64,000 nt of DNA from Gammaproteobacteria bacterium (GTDB lineage Bacteria; Pseudomonadota; Gammaproteobacteria; JBPCXB01). The notes below the pieces were generated by a model. It saw nothing but the letters and a program-made list of their open reading frames with translations, ran no database searches and was not told the origin of the DNA. Below, piece by piece: positions 34,867 through 44,798 of the stretch. The position numbers and the translations under genes are program-made. The stretch spans positions 8,866 to 72,865 of the forward strand of contig JBPCXB010000214.1 of assembly GCA_051008935.1 (NCBI GenBank), read 5' to 3'. How positions within the stretch are numbered: position 1 is the stretch's first letter; every line of letters begins with the position of its first letter.

Positions 34867-37749
34867 ATGTCAAGCACGCAACCACAGAACTCCATACCTT
34901 TTCAAAGACGCCATATTGGTCCCGGGCCCCATCAAATCAGCCAGATGCTCGCAGAGCTAAAACTCGCGGACCTTCAGGAGCTCATCGACAAAGTCGTACC
35001 CCAGTCACTGCTGTGTGACGACTTCGACTTGCCGCCAAATCAGCCTGAAATGCTGATGCTGGAAGAATTGCAGCAAATGAGCCAACGCAACACCCAAAGC
35101 CACAATATGATCGGATTGGGCTACCACGATGTATTTGTGCCTCCAGTTCTAGAGAAAAACTTACTCCAGAGCCCCGGATGGTACACTGCCTATACCCCCT
35201 ATCAAGCCGAAGTCTCACAAGGCAGGCTGGAAATGCTATTGAATTTCCAACAGATGGTGACTGACTTAACGCAATTGGACATTGCCAACGCTTCTCTGCT
35301 CGATGAAGCAACAGCCGCCGCCGAAGCGGTCACAATCGGACTGCGGCACACACAAAACAAAATCACCGGTGCCGCAACTCTTTTTGCAGACCACAGCTGC
35401 CTGCCTCAAACGCTGGCCGTACTCCGCACCCGCGCCGAAGCCTCAGGCGTACGCATGCTGACCGGCCCAAGGGAGCAGGCTCTGAAGCATCCAGATTGCG
35501 CTGCCTATATTTTCCAATACCCTGGAGCCGAAGGCGATATTGCTGATTTGCGCCCATTAATCCGCACCATCAAAGCGCAATCAACGGTGGATGGGCTCGT
35601 TATTTTGGCATCCGACCCTCTCGCACTGACAGTACTACAGCCGCCAGGCGAGCTAGGGGCCGACTGCTGTATCGGCAGCTCTCAGCGGATTTCCGTCCCT
35701 ATAGGATACGGAGGTCCGCATGCTGCATTTATCGCAGTCAAAGAAACCTATCAACGCCTGCTTCCTGGCCGTATTATCGGCGTTTCACGCGATAGCCGAG
35801 GCAGACCTGGCCTGCGTATGGCCCTACAAACCCGCGAGCAGCATATCCGAAGAGAGAAAGCGACCAGTAATATCTGCACAGCGCAATCTCTGTTGGCAAA
35901 TCTGGCAGCCGCTAGAGCGCTGTATGAGGGCGCAGAAGGCCTACATAGCATTGCCAATACCATTCATCAGAAAACCTGCGATCTGGCTGGGGCACTTTCC
36001 AAAAACGGGCTGACCCCTTTGCATGCGCATTTTTTCGATACACTCACATTCGAATTACGTGACAGCCAACAAAGAGACGAAATCTACCAGCGGGCTCAAG
36101 GCAAAGGCATCAACTTAAGGAAGTTCTCCGAAAGCCGAATCAGTTTGAGCGTCAACGAAATGACGCAGGGTCACCACCTAGTCAGCCTGTACCAAGCATT
36201 TACCAACCAAGACATCGACTCCCTACCCAATCATGCAGGAACAGCCATTCCTGCAAATCTGGCGCGCACAACGCCATGCCTGAGTCACGATATCTTTTCG
36301 CGCTACCGCAGCGAGACTGAGATGGTGCGCTATCTGAAAAAGCTGGAACGTCGGGATATCACTCTAGACCGCTCGATGATCGGTTTAGGATCTTGCACCA
36401 TGAAATTGAATGCTGCTGCTGAAATGTCGGCGATCTCTTGGCCAGGATTTGCCAATATCCACCCTTTTGCACCCTCGCAACAAACGCGCGGCTACCTGAA
36501 ATTGATCCAAGATCTGAGCAGCTGGCTGGCAGAGCTCACGGGTTTCGACGCTGTGAGCATGCAACCCAATTCAGGTGCACAGGGCGAATATGCTGGGCTG
36601 CTCACCATCCGCAATTTTCATCTGGCTCAAGGGAATCAGCAGCGCACTATCTGTTTGATCCCCCGTTCTGCCCATGGAACCAACCCCGCCAGCGCAGTCA
36701 TGGCTGGCATGAAAGTCGTGGTCATAGATTGCGATGCAAATGGCAGCATCAGCCTAGAGGATCTGGAACTCAAGCTCAACCGCTATCCGGGCCAAATAGC
36801 AGCGCTGATGCTCACTTATCCCTCCACACACGGAGTATTTGAGCCCCATGTAGCGCAGATATGCCAAGCAGTACATGCAGCTGGAGGCAGAATTTATCTC
36901 GACGGCGCAAACTTCAATGCCATGCTAGGCCTGATCAAGCCCCGTTTGTTCGGTGCAGACATCTGCCACCTCAACTTGCACAAAACCTTTGCAATCCCAC
37001 ATGGAGGCGGAGGCCCCGGAATGGGGCCTGTAGCTACAACAGACGAGCTTGCACCCTATTTACCCGGCCACCCTAGCAATGCCGATGCACCTGCGACCAA
37101 TGGCGGGGCTGTATCTGCTGCCCCCTTCGGTAGTGCCGGCATACTTCCCATCTCCTGGGCCTTTATCCGACTGCTTGGGGCGGATGGAATGCGCCGATCT
37201 GCAGAAATCGCTATCCTCAATGCCAACTGGTTGGCCCAGAAACTGACTCCCTACTTTCCGGTTCTCTACACTGACGACAAGGGCTATGTTGCTCATGAGT
37301 GCATCTTGGATATACGCCCAATCAAAGCCAAAAGCGGCGTAACTGAAGAAGATATCGCTAAAAGACTGGCAGATTTTGGATACCATGCCCCCACGATCTC
37401 TTTCCCAGTAGCGGGCACGATGATGATCGAACCCACTGAAAGCGAATCTCTCAACGAACTGGAGCGTTTTTGCCGCGCCATGATCAAGATCCGCGGCGAA
37501 ATTGACGCTATAACCGAAGGCCGCATACCGCTGGAACAAAGCCCGTTGCGGCTAGCACCGCACACCGAGCTGGATCTGATCGAAGACTGGAACCGGCCGT
37601 ACACCAGACAAGAAGCGATTTACCCATTAAATGATGGCGATCAAATCGACAAATACTGGCCTCCAGTCAACCGTATTGACAATGTCTGGGGAGACCGAAA
37701 CCTCTTTTGCAGCTGCCTTCCAGTTGAAAGCTGGGGACAAGAAGACTAA
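34867..37749 (+). CDS. gcvP: Glycine dehydrogenase (decarboxylating), P protein
   Basis: 960-aa single-chain GcvP with the PLP-lysine region (CHLNLHKTFAIPHGGGGPGMGP). N-terminus FQRRHIGP. Confidence 0.92.
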   Translation: MSSTQPQNSIPFQRRHIGPGPHQISQMLAELKLADLQELIDKVVPQSLLCDDFDLPPNQPEMLMLEELQQMSQRNTQSHNMIGLGYHDVFVPPVLEKNLLQSPGWYTAYTPYQAEVSQGRLEMLLNFQQMVTDLTQLDIANASLLDEATAAAEAVTIGLRHTQNKITGAATLFADHSCLPQTLAVLRTRAEASGVRMLTGPREQALKHPDCAAYIFQYPGAEGDIADLRPLIRTIKAQSTVDGLVILASDPLALTVLQPPGELGADCCIGSSQRISVPIGYGGPHAAFIAVKETYQRLLPGRIIGVSRDSRGRPGLRMALQTREQHIRREKATSNICTAQSLLANLAAARALYEGAEGLHSIANTIHQKTCDLAGALSKNGLTPLHAHFFDTLTFELRDSQQRDEIYQRAQGKGINLRKFSESRISLSVNEMTQGHHLVSLYQAFTNQDIDSLPNHAGTAIPANLARTTPCLSHDIFSRYRSETEMVRYLKKLERRDITLDRSMIGLGSCTMKLNAAAEMSAISWPGFANIHPFAPSQQTRGYLKLIQDLSSWLAELTGFDAVSMQPNSGAQGEYAGLLTIRNFHLAQGNQQRTICLIPRSAHGTNPASAVMAGMKVVVIDCDANGSISLEDLELKLNRYPGQIAALMLTYPSTHGVFEPHVAQICQAVHAAGGRIYLDGANFNAMLGLIKPRLFGADICHLNLHKTFAIPHGGGGPGMGPVATTDELAPYLPGHPSNADAPATNGGAVSAAPFGSAGILPISWAFIRLLGADGMRRSAEIAILNANWLAQKLTPYFPVLYTDDKGYVAHECILDIRPIKAKSGVTEEDIAKRLADFGYHAPTISFPVAGTMMIEPTESESLNELERFCRAMIKIRGEIDAITEGRIPLEQSPLRLAPHTELDLIEDWNRPYTRQEAIYPLNDGDQIDKYWPPVNRIDNVWGDRNLFCSCLPVESWGQED

Positions 37750-37786
37750 CAGCGGGCACCGACCGCAGCCCTAGCTAGGTGTGAGG

Positions 37787-38158
37787 GTGTGAGTTGACCT
37801 ATAAGCCGGGTTCTGTCTAGAGCAATCATTCATCTAGGGCGCAAATCACTCTGCGCCTCTCGCAACCTACCCAGATTCAGCGGCGGACAACACTTTTGAA
37901 TCTCTATTTGGTCTAGCTCCGAGTGGGGTTTACCCTGCCACGTCTGTTGCCAGCCGCGCGGTGCGCTCTTACCGCACCTTTTCACCCTTACCTGAGCATT
38001 GCTGCCATCGGCGGTATATTTTCTGCGGCACTTTCCGTAGGTTCACACCTCCCAGGCGTTACCTGGCACTCTGTCCACAGGAGCCCGGACTTTCCTCTTT
38101 ATCTCCTCACAGATACGATCCATGGACGTACAAAGCGATTGCCCAGCCAACTCACGCC
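37787..38158 (-). ncRNA. rnpB: RNase P RNA (bacterial type A)
   Basis: The reverse complement contains the universally conserved P4 sequence AGGAAAGUCCGGGCUCC (plus strand 38080-38096 ggagcccggactttcct). GGUGCCAGGUAACGCCUGGG is identical to E. coli M1 RNA (38051-38070). The 3' domain ...CUAGAUGAAUGA...GACAGAACCCGGCUUAU matches M1 RNA (37801-37850). A P1 helix can be formed between the ~38147-38157 and ~37789-37800 segments. Confidence 0.85.
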
Positions 38159-38215
38159 TTCATCTTATCCGGATTAACGCCCAGAATCTAGTAGTAATAC
38201 TAGGTTCTAGTGTTA

Positions 38216-38713
38216 CTACTCGGCAAGATGGGACCGGTGGCGTTTCCTGCTGGCTATCTGCTGGCGGTCGAGGCGAGAAAAATGGCGTTCATAGTGCGCT
38301 CTGGAACGTAACAACACCGCTCGATCCAGCTGTTGCCACAACTCTGGCGCAGAAAGTTCCGATTTGATTTTCAAACCGCAGCCGATCGGATCCAGAGGAG
38401 ATTCCAGATGTTTGCGCCACAATTCATACACCCACATCAAAGGATGCAGGTTGGCATTGTAATGGATGCCTTTTTCACCCAATACTTCTTTCAATCGCCC
38501 CAGATGTTCAATGGCAATAACATCTTTAGCAGCAGCCACCCAGTACGATTCAAGACGATCGATAACAGCTAGCCGAGCATCGGCATCATAAGCATGCCAG
38601 TCGTTTATTTCATGGGCGTAACGCTTACAGCCGCGGCATACTAGATCTCCGACGGTCGTAGAGCAAATACCAATACAGGGTGAGCGAAGTCGTCCGGAAG
38701 CAGCCATGAGCAA
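38216..38713 (-). CDS. DUF1289 (YdhL-like putative Fe-S/zinc-ribbon) domain protein with a C-terminal extension
   Basis: SPCIGICSTTVGDLVCRGCKRYAHEINDW matches the DUF1289 CxxxC...CxGC...W signature. 165 aa, versus ~80 aa for E. coli YdhL. Confidence 0.6.
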   Translation of the reverse strand: MLMAASGRLRSPCIGICSTTVGDLVCRGCKRYAHEINDWHAYDADARLAVIDRLESYWVAAAKDVIAIEHLGRLKEVLGEKGIHYNANLHPLMWVYELWRKHLESPLDPIGCGLKIKSELSAPELWQQLDRAVLLRSRAHYERHFSRLDRQQIASRKRHRSHLAE

Positions 38714-38854
38714 AGCGGTGCAAGCAATATAGGGGCAGGAATAATCTCAGTTTAACTCTGAGTGCGATGCAATGTAGGAATCACAGGTTCTCGAATTAAG
38801 TCATTAAAATCTTCAGTGAATCACGTGCGCCCTAGAAATATTAGGAAGGTACCA

Positions 38855-41485
38855 ATGCTGCAAGAATACAATGAACACCTAAACGAGCGAGCGCAACTGG
38901 GTATCCCAGCCCTGCCGCTAGATGCACAGCAAACAGCAGCCGTTGTGCAGCTGCTAGAAGATCCGCAACTCGATCCCGACAGCGACAAAGGACAGCAGCT
39001 ATTCCACCTGCTGACTCACAGGGTACCAGCCGGCGTAGATGAGGCCGCCTATGTAAAAGCGGCATTTCTGACCGCTGTTGCCAATAAAGAGCGCTCCTGC
39101 ACTTCGATCAGCCAACTGCAGGCTGTGCAGTTTTTGGGTACCATGCTGGGGGGCTACAACATCGACGCACTGGTGCAGTTGCTGAGTAACCCAGAAGAAG
39201 CTGTGGCCCAAGCGGCGGCACAGGCACTTTCCAGAACACTGCTGATGTTCAACTCCTTCAATGATGTGGCCGCACTGGCGGACACCAACCCCTACGCACT
39301 CCAAGTACTTACTTCATGGGCGGATGCAGAGTGGTTCACATCCAGGCCAGAAGTACCAGCCGTGATCACAGCTACTGCCTTCAAAGTTCCAGGAGAAATC
39401 AATACGGACGACCTGTCACCTGCCCAGGATGCTTGGTCACGCCCTGATATTCCATTGCATGCCAAAGCCATGCTAAAATTCCCACGCTCAGGGCTCGGTT
39501 CCGAACCGCTTCAGGATTTGGCTGCACTGAAAGAAAAAGGGCACCCGATTGCCTTTGTAGGCGATGTAGTTGGCACCGGCTCATCACGCAAATCAGCCGT
39601 CAATTCGCTCCTCTGGCATATTGGAGACGACATTCCTTTTCTGCCCAATAAAAGAACAGGCGGTATCTGCCTAGGCGGGAAAATTGCGCCGATCTTTTAT
39701 AACACTTTGGAAGATGCCGGCTCTTTGCCGATTGAATGCGACGTCAACCAGATTGCTACTGGCGATACCATCCAGATTCACATCCATCATGCCGAAGCTA
39801 GCGGGCATGTGGCTGATCAGCACGGTAGCAAACTGTGCGAATTTAGTCTAGGAAGCCCCCAACTTTTGGATGAAGTGCGCGCCGGGGGCAGAATCCCACT
39901 CATTATCGGGCGTGGACTCAGCGATAAAGCCTGTGAAAAGCTACAGCGACCCGCCTGCCCCGTTTTTTCCCGACCCAGAAGCTCAAAACCGTCCACATCG
40001 GGTTACACACTGGCTCAAAAAATCGTTGGGCGGGCATGTGGAGTCGAAGGCATTCGACCCGGCATGTACTGCGAACCCGTTATTTCTACTGTAGGTTCAC
40101 AAGACACTACAGGCCCTATGACCCGAGACGAATTGAAAGAACTGGCTTGTCTGGGATTTTCCGCAGATTTAGTGATGCAGTCTTTCTGCCATACCGTTGC
40201 CTATCCCAAACCAGTAGACATTAAAACGCAACACAGCCTGCCCGATTTTTTCCGTACGCGGGGCGGCGTAGCCCTCAAACCCGGTGACGGCATCATCCAT
40301 TCTTGGCTCAACCGCATGCTCCTTCCCGATCAAGTAGGCACTGGTGGTGACAGCCATACCAGGTTCCCTCTTGGTATCAGCTTCCCCGCTGGATCAGGCC
40401 TCGTTGCTTTCGCAGCAGCTATGGGGGTCATGCCGCTGAACATGCCCGAATCTGTACTGGTGCGATTCCATGGCAAATTGCAGCCCGGCATCACCCTACG
40501 GGATCTCGTCAATGCCATTCCTTATGCAGCGATTCAAGATGGCAGTCTGACTATCGCCAAAGAAGGCAAGAAAAATATCTTCTCAGGGCGATGCTTGGAA
40601 ATTGAAGGCCTCCCGGATTTAAAAATCGAACAAGCTTTCGAATTTGCAGATGCTTCAGCTGAACGCTCCAGCTCTGGATGTACCGTGCGCCTAGGCATCG
40701 AACCTGTGAGCGAATACCTACGCTCCAATATCGTGCTGTTACGCTGGATGGTGCAACAAGGCTATGGAGATGCAGGCACGTTGGAACGAAGAGCTCAGGC
40801 CATGGAAGTTTGGTTGCAAAACCCGCAACTCATGGAACCCGATCCAGATGCCCAATACGCACACCGGCTTGATATCGATTTGAATCAGATCAAAGAGCCG
40901 CTTTTAGCCTGCCCAAACGACCCTGACGACATACAGCCTCTGTCAAAAGTACAAGGCCAAAAAATCGATGAAATTTTTATCGGCTCCTGTATGACCAATA
41001 TCGGGCATTTCAGAGCGGCCGGAGAAATCTTGCGCAATGCCATGCAAGAGGGTAAGACCGTTGCAGATACCCGCCTGTGGATTTGTCCTCCGACGCGCAT
41101 GGATCAACACCAACTGACCGAAGAAGGCTATTACAGCGTCTACGGTGCTATCGGCGCACGCACAGAAACCCCTGGATGCTCCCTGTGTATGGGCAATCAG
41201 GCACGTATCGCAGCCAAATCAACAGCAGTCTCTACCTCCACCCGCAATTTCCCGAACCGGCTCGGAGATGGTGCCGATGTCTATCTGGCATCAGCAGAGC
41301 TGGCAGCTGTTGCTTCTGTACTCGGGCGTTTGCCGGACGCGCAAGAATACCTGGACGCTCTTGCGGAACTGAACCCGCTTTCAGAAAACATCTACCGCTA
41401 CATGAATTTTGATCAAATTGCCGACTACCAAAAGCAAACCCTGCAAGACGGCCCACCTGCTCAAGAAATCGTCACACTCAGTTAA
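38855..41485 (+). CDS. acnB: Aconitate hydratase B / 2-methylisocitrate dehydratase
   Basis: MLQEYNEHLNERAQLGIPALPLDAQQTAAVVQLL and VPAGVDEAAYVKAAFL are collinear with the E. coli AcnB N-terminus. Fe-S ligand regions are present. RBS aggaagg upstream of the ATG at 38855. Confidence 0.9.
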   Translation: MLQEYNEHLNERAQLGIPALPLDAQQTAAVVQLLEDPQLDPDSDKGQQLFHLLTHRVPAGVDEAAYVKAAFLTAVANKERSCTSISQLQAVQFLGTMLGGYNIDALVQLLSNPEEAVAQAAAQALSRTLLMFNSFNDVAALADTNPYALQVLTSWADAEWFTSRPEVPAVITATAFKVPGEINTDDLSPAQDAWSRPDIPLHAKAMLKFPRSGLGSEPLQDLAALKEKGHPIAFVGDVVGTGSSRKSAVNSLLWHIGDDIPFLPNKRTGGICLGGKIAPIFYNTLEDAGSLPIECDVNQIATGDTIQIHIHHAEASGHVADQHGSKLCEFSLGSPQLLDEVRAGGRIPLIIGRGLSDKACEKLQRPACPVFSRPRSSKPSTSGYTLAQKIVGRACGVEGIRPGMYCEPVISTVGSQDTTGPMTRDELKELACLGFSADLVMQSFCHTVAYPKPVDIKTQHSLPDFFRTRGGVALKPGDGIIHSWLNRMLLPDQVGTGGDSHTRFPLGISFPAGSGLVAFAAAMGVMPLNMPESVLVRFHGKLQPGITLRDLVNAIPYAAIQDGSLTIAKEGKKNIFSGRCLEIEGLPDLKIEQAFEFADASAERSSSGCTVRLGIEPVSEYLRSNIVLLRWMVQQGYGDAGTLERRAQAMEVWLQNPQLMEPDPDAQYAHRLDIDLNQIKEPLLACPNDPDDIQPLSKVQGQKIDEIFIGSCMTNIGHFRAAGEILRNAMQEGKTVADTRLWICPPTRMDQHQLTEEGYYSVYGAIGARTETPGCSLCMGNQARIAAKSTAVSTSTRNFPNRLGDGADVYLASAELAAVASVLGRLPDAQEYLDALAELNPLSENIYRYMNFDQIADYQKQTLQDGPPAQEIVTLS

Positions 41486-42696
41486 AGAGCCTGCACAGCT
41501 TCACAGCACCCCAATAGATCCTGCTTTAAATCCTCCAGAGCCTCTAAGCCAACTGCGATCCGAACCAAACCGTCGGCGATACCGTCCTGCTGTTTTTGGT
41601 CTGCAGGCACTGAGCGGTGTGTGGTACTGGCAGGATGGGTAATGGTGCTGCGCGTATCCCCCAAATTGGCGGTAATAGAGAGTATCTTTGACGCATCAAT
41701 AAAACGCCAGGCCGCTTTTTTCCCGCCCTTGAGACGCAGCGACAACACTGCTCCATAGCCATCCAACAGCCTCGTTGCTGCCGCATGGGTGCTGTGCTGC
41801 TGCAAGCCTGGGTAAAAAATACGTTCAATAACCTGATGTTCTGCTTGGTGCGCATCCAACCACTGCGCTAGGCTGAAAGCTGTGCGCGATGCACTCTGCA
41901 CGCGCAAAGGCAGCGTCTCTAAACCTTTGAGCATCACCCACGCATCAAATGCACTCATACTAGGTCCGCAAATGCGCATGAAGTTACGCGCACGATCCTC
42001 AGCTTCGGCCCGACCCAGCAAAGCGCCTCCCACACAACGCCCCTGACCATCCAGCCACTTAGTCGCAGATACGACTGACCAGTCGGCTCCATACTCTAAC
42101 GGGCGGAATTGTACGGCGGTGGCAAAGGTGTTATCGACTGCCAACCGGACGCCAAAATTACGGCACAATGTGGCAATTTCATCCAGATCGGCCACTGCTA
42201 GCAAAGGGTTGGTAGGTACTTCTAAAAAAGCCAGTTTGGCTTTGCGAGACAGCGCGCGACGCCATGCCTGCACATCCCCAGCATCGACAAATTCAATTTC
42301 AATCCCCATGCGCAACTGCATCATATCAAAAAGTTGGCGGGAGGTATGGAACAACTGTCGTGCAGATACCATGCGATCTCCAGGCTGCAACTCACAATGC
42401 AGCAATGCCAGTAACGCCGACATACCCGAAGCGGTAGCAAGGCAAAAATCAGCTTTTTCTAGTACCTGCAGCCGGTTTTCAAACTGCGTAACTGTTGGGT
42501 TGGTATAGCGGGAATATACGTAGCCGGGTTGGTCATTGGCAAAAACCTCAGCAGCCTGCTGTGCACTATCAAATACAAAACTGGACGATAGAAAAATAGG
42601 GGGTGAATGCTCCCTATGCTCCGTCCGTGCAGCCTTTGCGCGAATAGCCTGAGTCTCTAGCGCAGGCCCAATTTTCCGTTCTTTATCCTTGTTCAA
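41482..42696 (-). CDS. metZ: O-succinylhomoserine sulfhydrylase (Cys/Met-metabolism PLP enzyme family)
   Basis: PLP-lysine region (SATKWLDGQG) and family-wide motifs. Position next to purF as in Pseudomonas (purF-metZ). Confidence 0.75.
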   Translation of the reverse strand: MNKDKERKIGPALETQAIRAKAARTEHREHSPPIFLSSSFVFDSAQQAAEVFANDQPGYVYSRYTNPTVTQFENRLQVLEKADFCLATASGMSALLALLHCELQPGDRMVSARQLFHTSRQLFDMMQLRMGIEIEFVDAGDVQAWRRALSRKAKLAFLEVPTNPLLAVADLDEIATLCRNFGVRLAVDNTFATAVQFRPLEYGADWSVVSATKWLDGQGRCVGGALLGRAEAEDRARNFMRICGPSMSAFDAWVMLKGLETLPLRVQSASRTAFSLAQWLDAHQAEHQVIERIFYPGLQQHSTHAAATRLLDGYGAVLSLRLKGGKKAAWRFIDASKILSITANLGDTRSTITHPASTTHRSVPADQKQQDGIADGLVRIAVGLEALEDLKQDLLGCCEAVQAL

Positions 42697-42717
42697 AACA
42701 CCTGTATACTGTCGTTT

Positions 42718-44226
42718 TTAATAGTCAAAATGCATCGTTCTTTGGCGGGCTTCATCGCTTCTTCTGCTCGCCAGATATTCCAGATAATCCGCATTGATTT
42801 CGCTCAAATGGTATTGACCGGTAAATATGGAGGTCTCAAACTGCTTCAAATCTGGGTTGGCGTATCGAACGGCCTGTTCCAGATCCTCTAGCTTCTGATA
42901 AATCAGCTGGTCTGCATCGATATGTGTGCGGATCTGCTCGGTATTGCGCCCATAGGCAATCAATTCTTCTTTATTGGGCATATCGATACCAAAGACATTC
43001 GCATGGCGAACGGGCGGCGCCGCAGATGCGAAAAAGACCTGTTTGGCCCCCATAGCTCTAGCCTGCGCGATCAATTCGCAACAGGTCGTGCCGCGCACAA
43101 TAGAATCGTCGACCAATAGCACCGATTTGTTGCGGAATTCATCAGGCAAGGGATTCAACTTTTGGCGCACTGAACTGCGCCTCTGGGATTGCAACGGCAT
43201 AATAAAAGTACGCCCGATGTAACGGTTTTTGACAAATGCTTCCCGGTACGGGATTTGCAACTCACTAGCCATCTGACCGGCACTGGTCGTGCTGCACTCT
43301 GGGATGGGGATCACTGCATCTATCCGGGTTCGATAGTCGGGTATCGCAGTACGGACTTGATTGGCCAAAAGTCGCCCCATCTGCAACCTAGCCGTATAGA
43401 CCGATGCGCGATCCAAAACCGAATCCGGACGCGCTAGATAGACCCATTCAAAAATACAAGGCAACGATTCCAGCGGCAGCAGCATACGAAATTCTGGCTC
43501 GCTGGCTTGGCTGTCTTCGATAGACAAGATGACTGCTTCGCCCGGCTGGATATCCCGCATCAATTCATAATCCAAGGCGCCCAATGCAGCACTTTCTGAT
43601 GCCACCATATAAGAAACACGGCCATCACGGTCACAACGCCTACCGATACAAAGCGGGCGCACCCCTCTAGGATCACGAAATGCAACCAGGCCCACATCTT
43701 TGATAATAGCTACCACTGAGTAAGCACCTTGGCATTGGTGCATGACCTGTCTAACAGCCTCAAAGACCGCTTCACGCCCCGAGAGTCTTGCGTCTCCAAC
43801 CGCACGCTGCAAATAATAGGCCAGCATATTCAACAAAATTTCAGAATCAGAATCTGTACTGATATCTCTGAGATATTTCTGTTGCAATCTGGTTCTGAGT
43901 TCACGGGTGTTGATCAGGTTACCGTTGTGGGCCAAACTAATACCGAAAGGCGCATTGACATACATAGGCTGCGCCTCTTCCTCGCCGACCGAACCCTCGG
44001 TCGGATAGCGCACGTGGCCGATGCCCAAACAGCCTATTAATTGATCGATATGACGCTGTTTAAATACATCCCGCACAAAACCCAAGCCTTTGTGGCGGCG
44101 CATCTGGTTACCATCTAAGACCGCTATGCCTGCTGCATCTTGCCCCCTGTGCTGCAAAACCGTCAAAGCGTTATAGATATCCCGCTGCACTGGATCATGA
44201 GTGGCTACAGCTACAATTCCGCACAT
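42718..44226 (-). CDS. purF: Amidophosphoribosyltransferase
   Basis: N-terminal MCGIV (Ntn Cys), PRTase motif (VLLVDDSIVRGTT). Confidence 0.92.
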   Translation of the reverse strand: MCGIVAVATHDPVQRDIYNALTVLQHRGQDAAGIAVLDGNQMRRHKGLGFVRDVFKQRHIDQLIGCLGIGHVRYPTEGSVGEEEAQPMYVNAPFGISLAHNGNLINTRELRTRLQQKYLRDISTDSDSEILLNMLAYYLQRAVGDARLSGREAVFEAVRQVMHQCQGAYSVVAIIKDVGLVAFRDPRGVRPLCIGRRCDRDGRVSYMVASESAALGALDYELMRDIQPGEAVILSIEDSQASEPEFRMLLPLESLPCIFEWVYLARPDSVLDRASVYTARLQMGRLLANQVRTAIPDYRTRIDAVIPIPECSTTSAGQMASELQIPYREAFVKNRYIGRTFIMPLQSQRRSSVRQKLNPLPDEFRNKSVLLVDDSIVRGTTCCELIAQARAMGAKQVFFASAAPPVRHANVFGIDMPNKEELIAYGRNTEQIRTHIDADQLIYQKLEDLEQAVRYANPDLKQFETSIFTGQYHLSEINADYLEYLASRRSDEARQRTMHFDY

Positions 44227-44255
44227 AGATCAAACCCCTCTCATCGAAATCCTAT

Positions 44256-44798
44256 TCACTGCAATTCCGACTCAACAGCGTCAAAGATCTGGATGAGGTT
44301 GTAAGCCACTGGCTTATAGCCGAAAGAACTCAATTGAGGGAATGCCGCCAGCTGTTTTTGCAACTCGTCCAATTTTTCTAGAGACAGAACGGGGCCGACA
44401 AACACCCCAAACCAGAGCGCGTCTGCAATTTTTTGAGTGCGGATATAGGGCTGAAAACCTACTCCAAGCAACACACGATTGATTTTTTGCGCTTCTGCAA
44501 ATTCGAACTGCCAATGACCCACCTGCAGACTCCAAGCCGACAAACGGTCCTGTGCCATAGGATCTGATTCAAGAGCAGCTCCAGGAGTAAAAGGCTCTGT
44601 GTAATGGCTATGGTAATCGGGCACCGTAATCTCAACTGCAGGCAGGCGCGGAACATTTTGTTGCAAATCAAGCAGGCGGGAATTCGTGGCCGGCGCTAAG
44701 CCACCCCAAACCAGTATTGCCAAAGCAACAGCACCTAGAGGCACCAGCCAGCCCGTCCGGGCAAACCAGAAGCGTATCCAAGATAACAAACTATCCAT
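44256..44798 (-). CDS. SPOR-domain cell-division protein (DedD-like)
   Basis: N-terminal transmembrane segment, then a C-terminal SPOR-like domain (WSLQVGHWQFEFAEAQKINRVLL...FGVFVGPVLSLEKLDELQKQL). Occupies the dedD position between folC and purF. Confidence 0.6.
   Translation of the reverse strand: MDSLLSWIRFWFARTGWLVPLGAVALAILVWGGLAPATNSRLLDLQQNVPRLPAVEITVPDYHSHYTEPFTPGAALESDPMAQDRLSAWSLQVGHWQFEFAEAQKINRVLLGVGFQPYIRTQKIADALWFGVFVGPVLSLEKLDELQKQLAAFPQLSSFGYKPVAYNLIQIFDAVESELQ

Noticed and set aside
37923-38367. ORFs 37923-38177+, 37961-38191+ and 38122-38367+
   Set aside because: They overlap the minus-strand RNase P RNA gene, which fully explains this interval.
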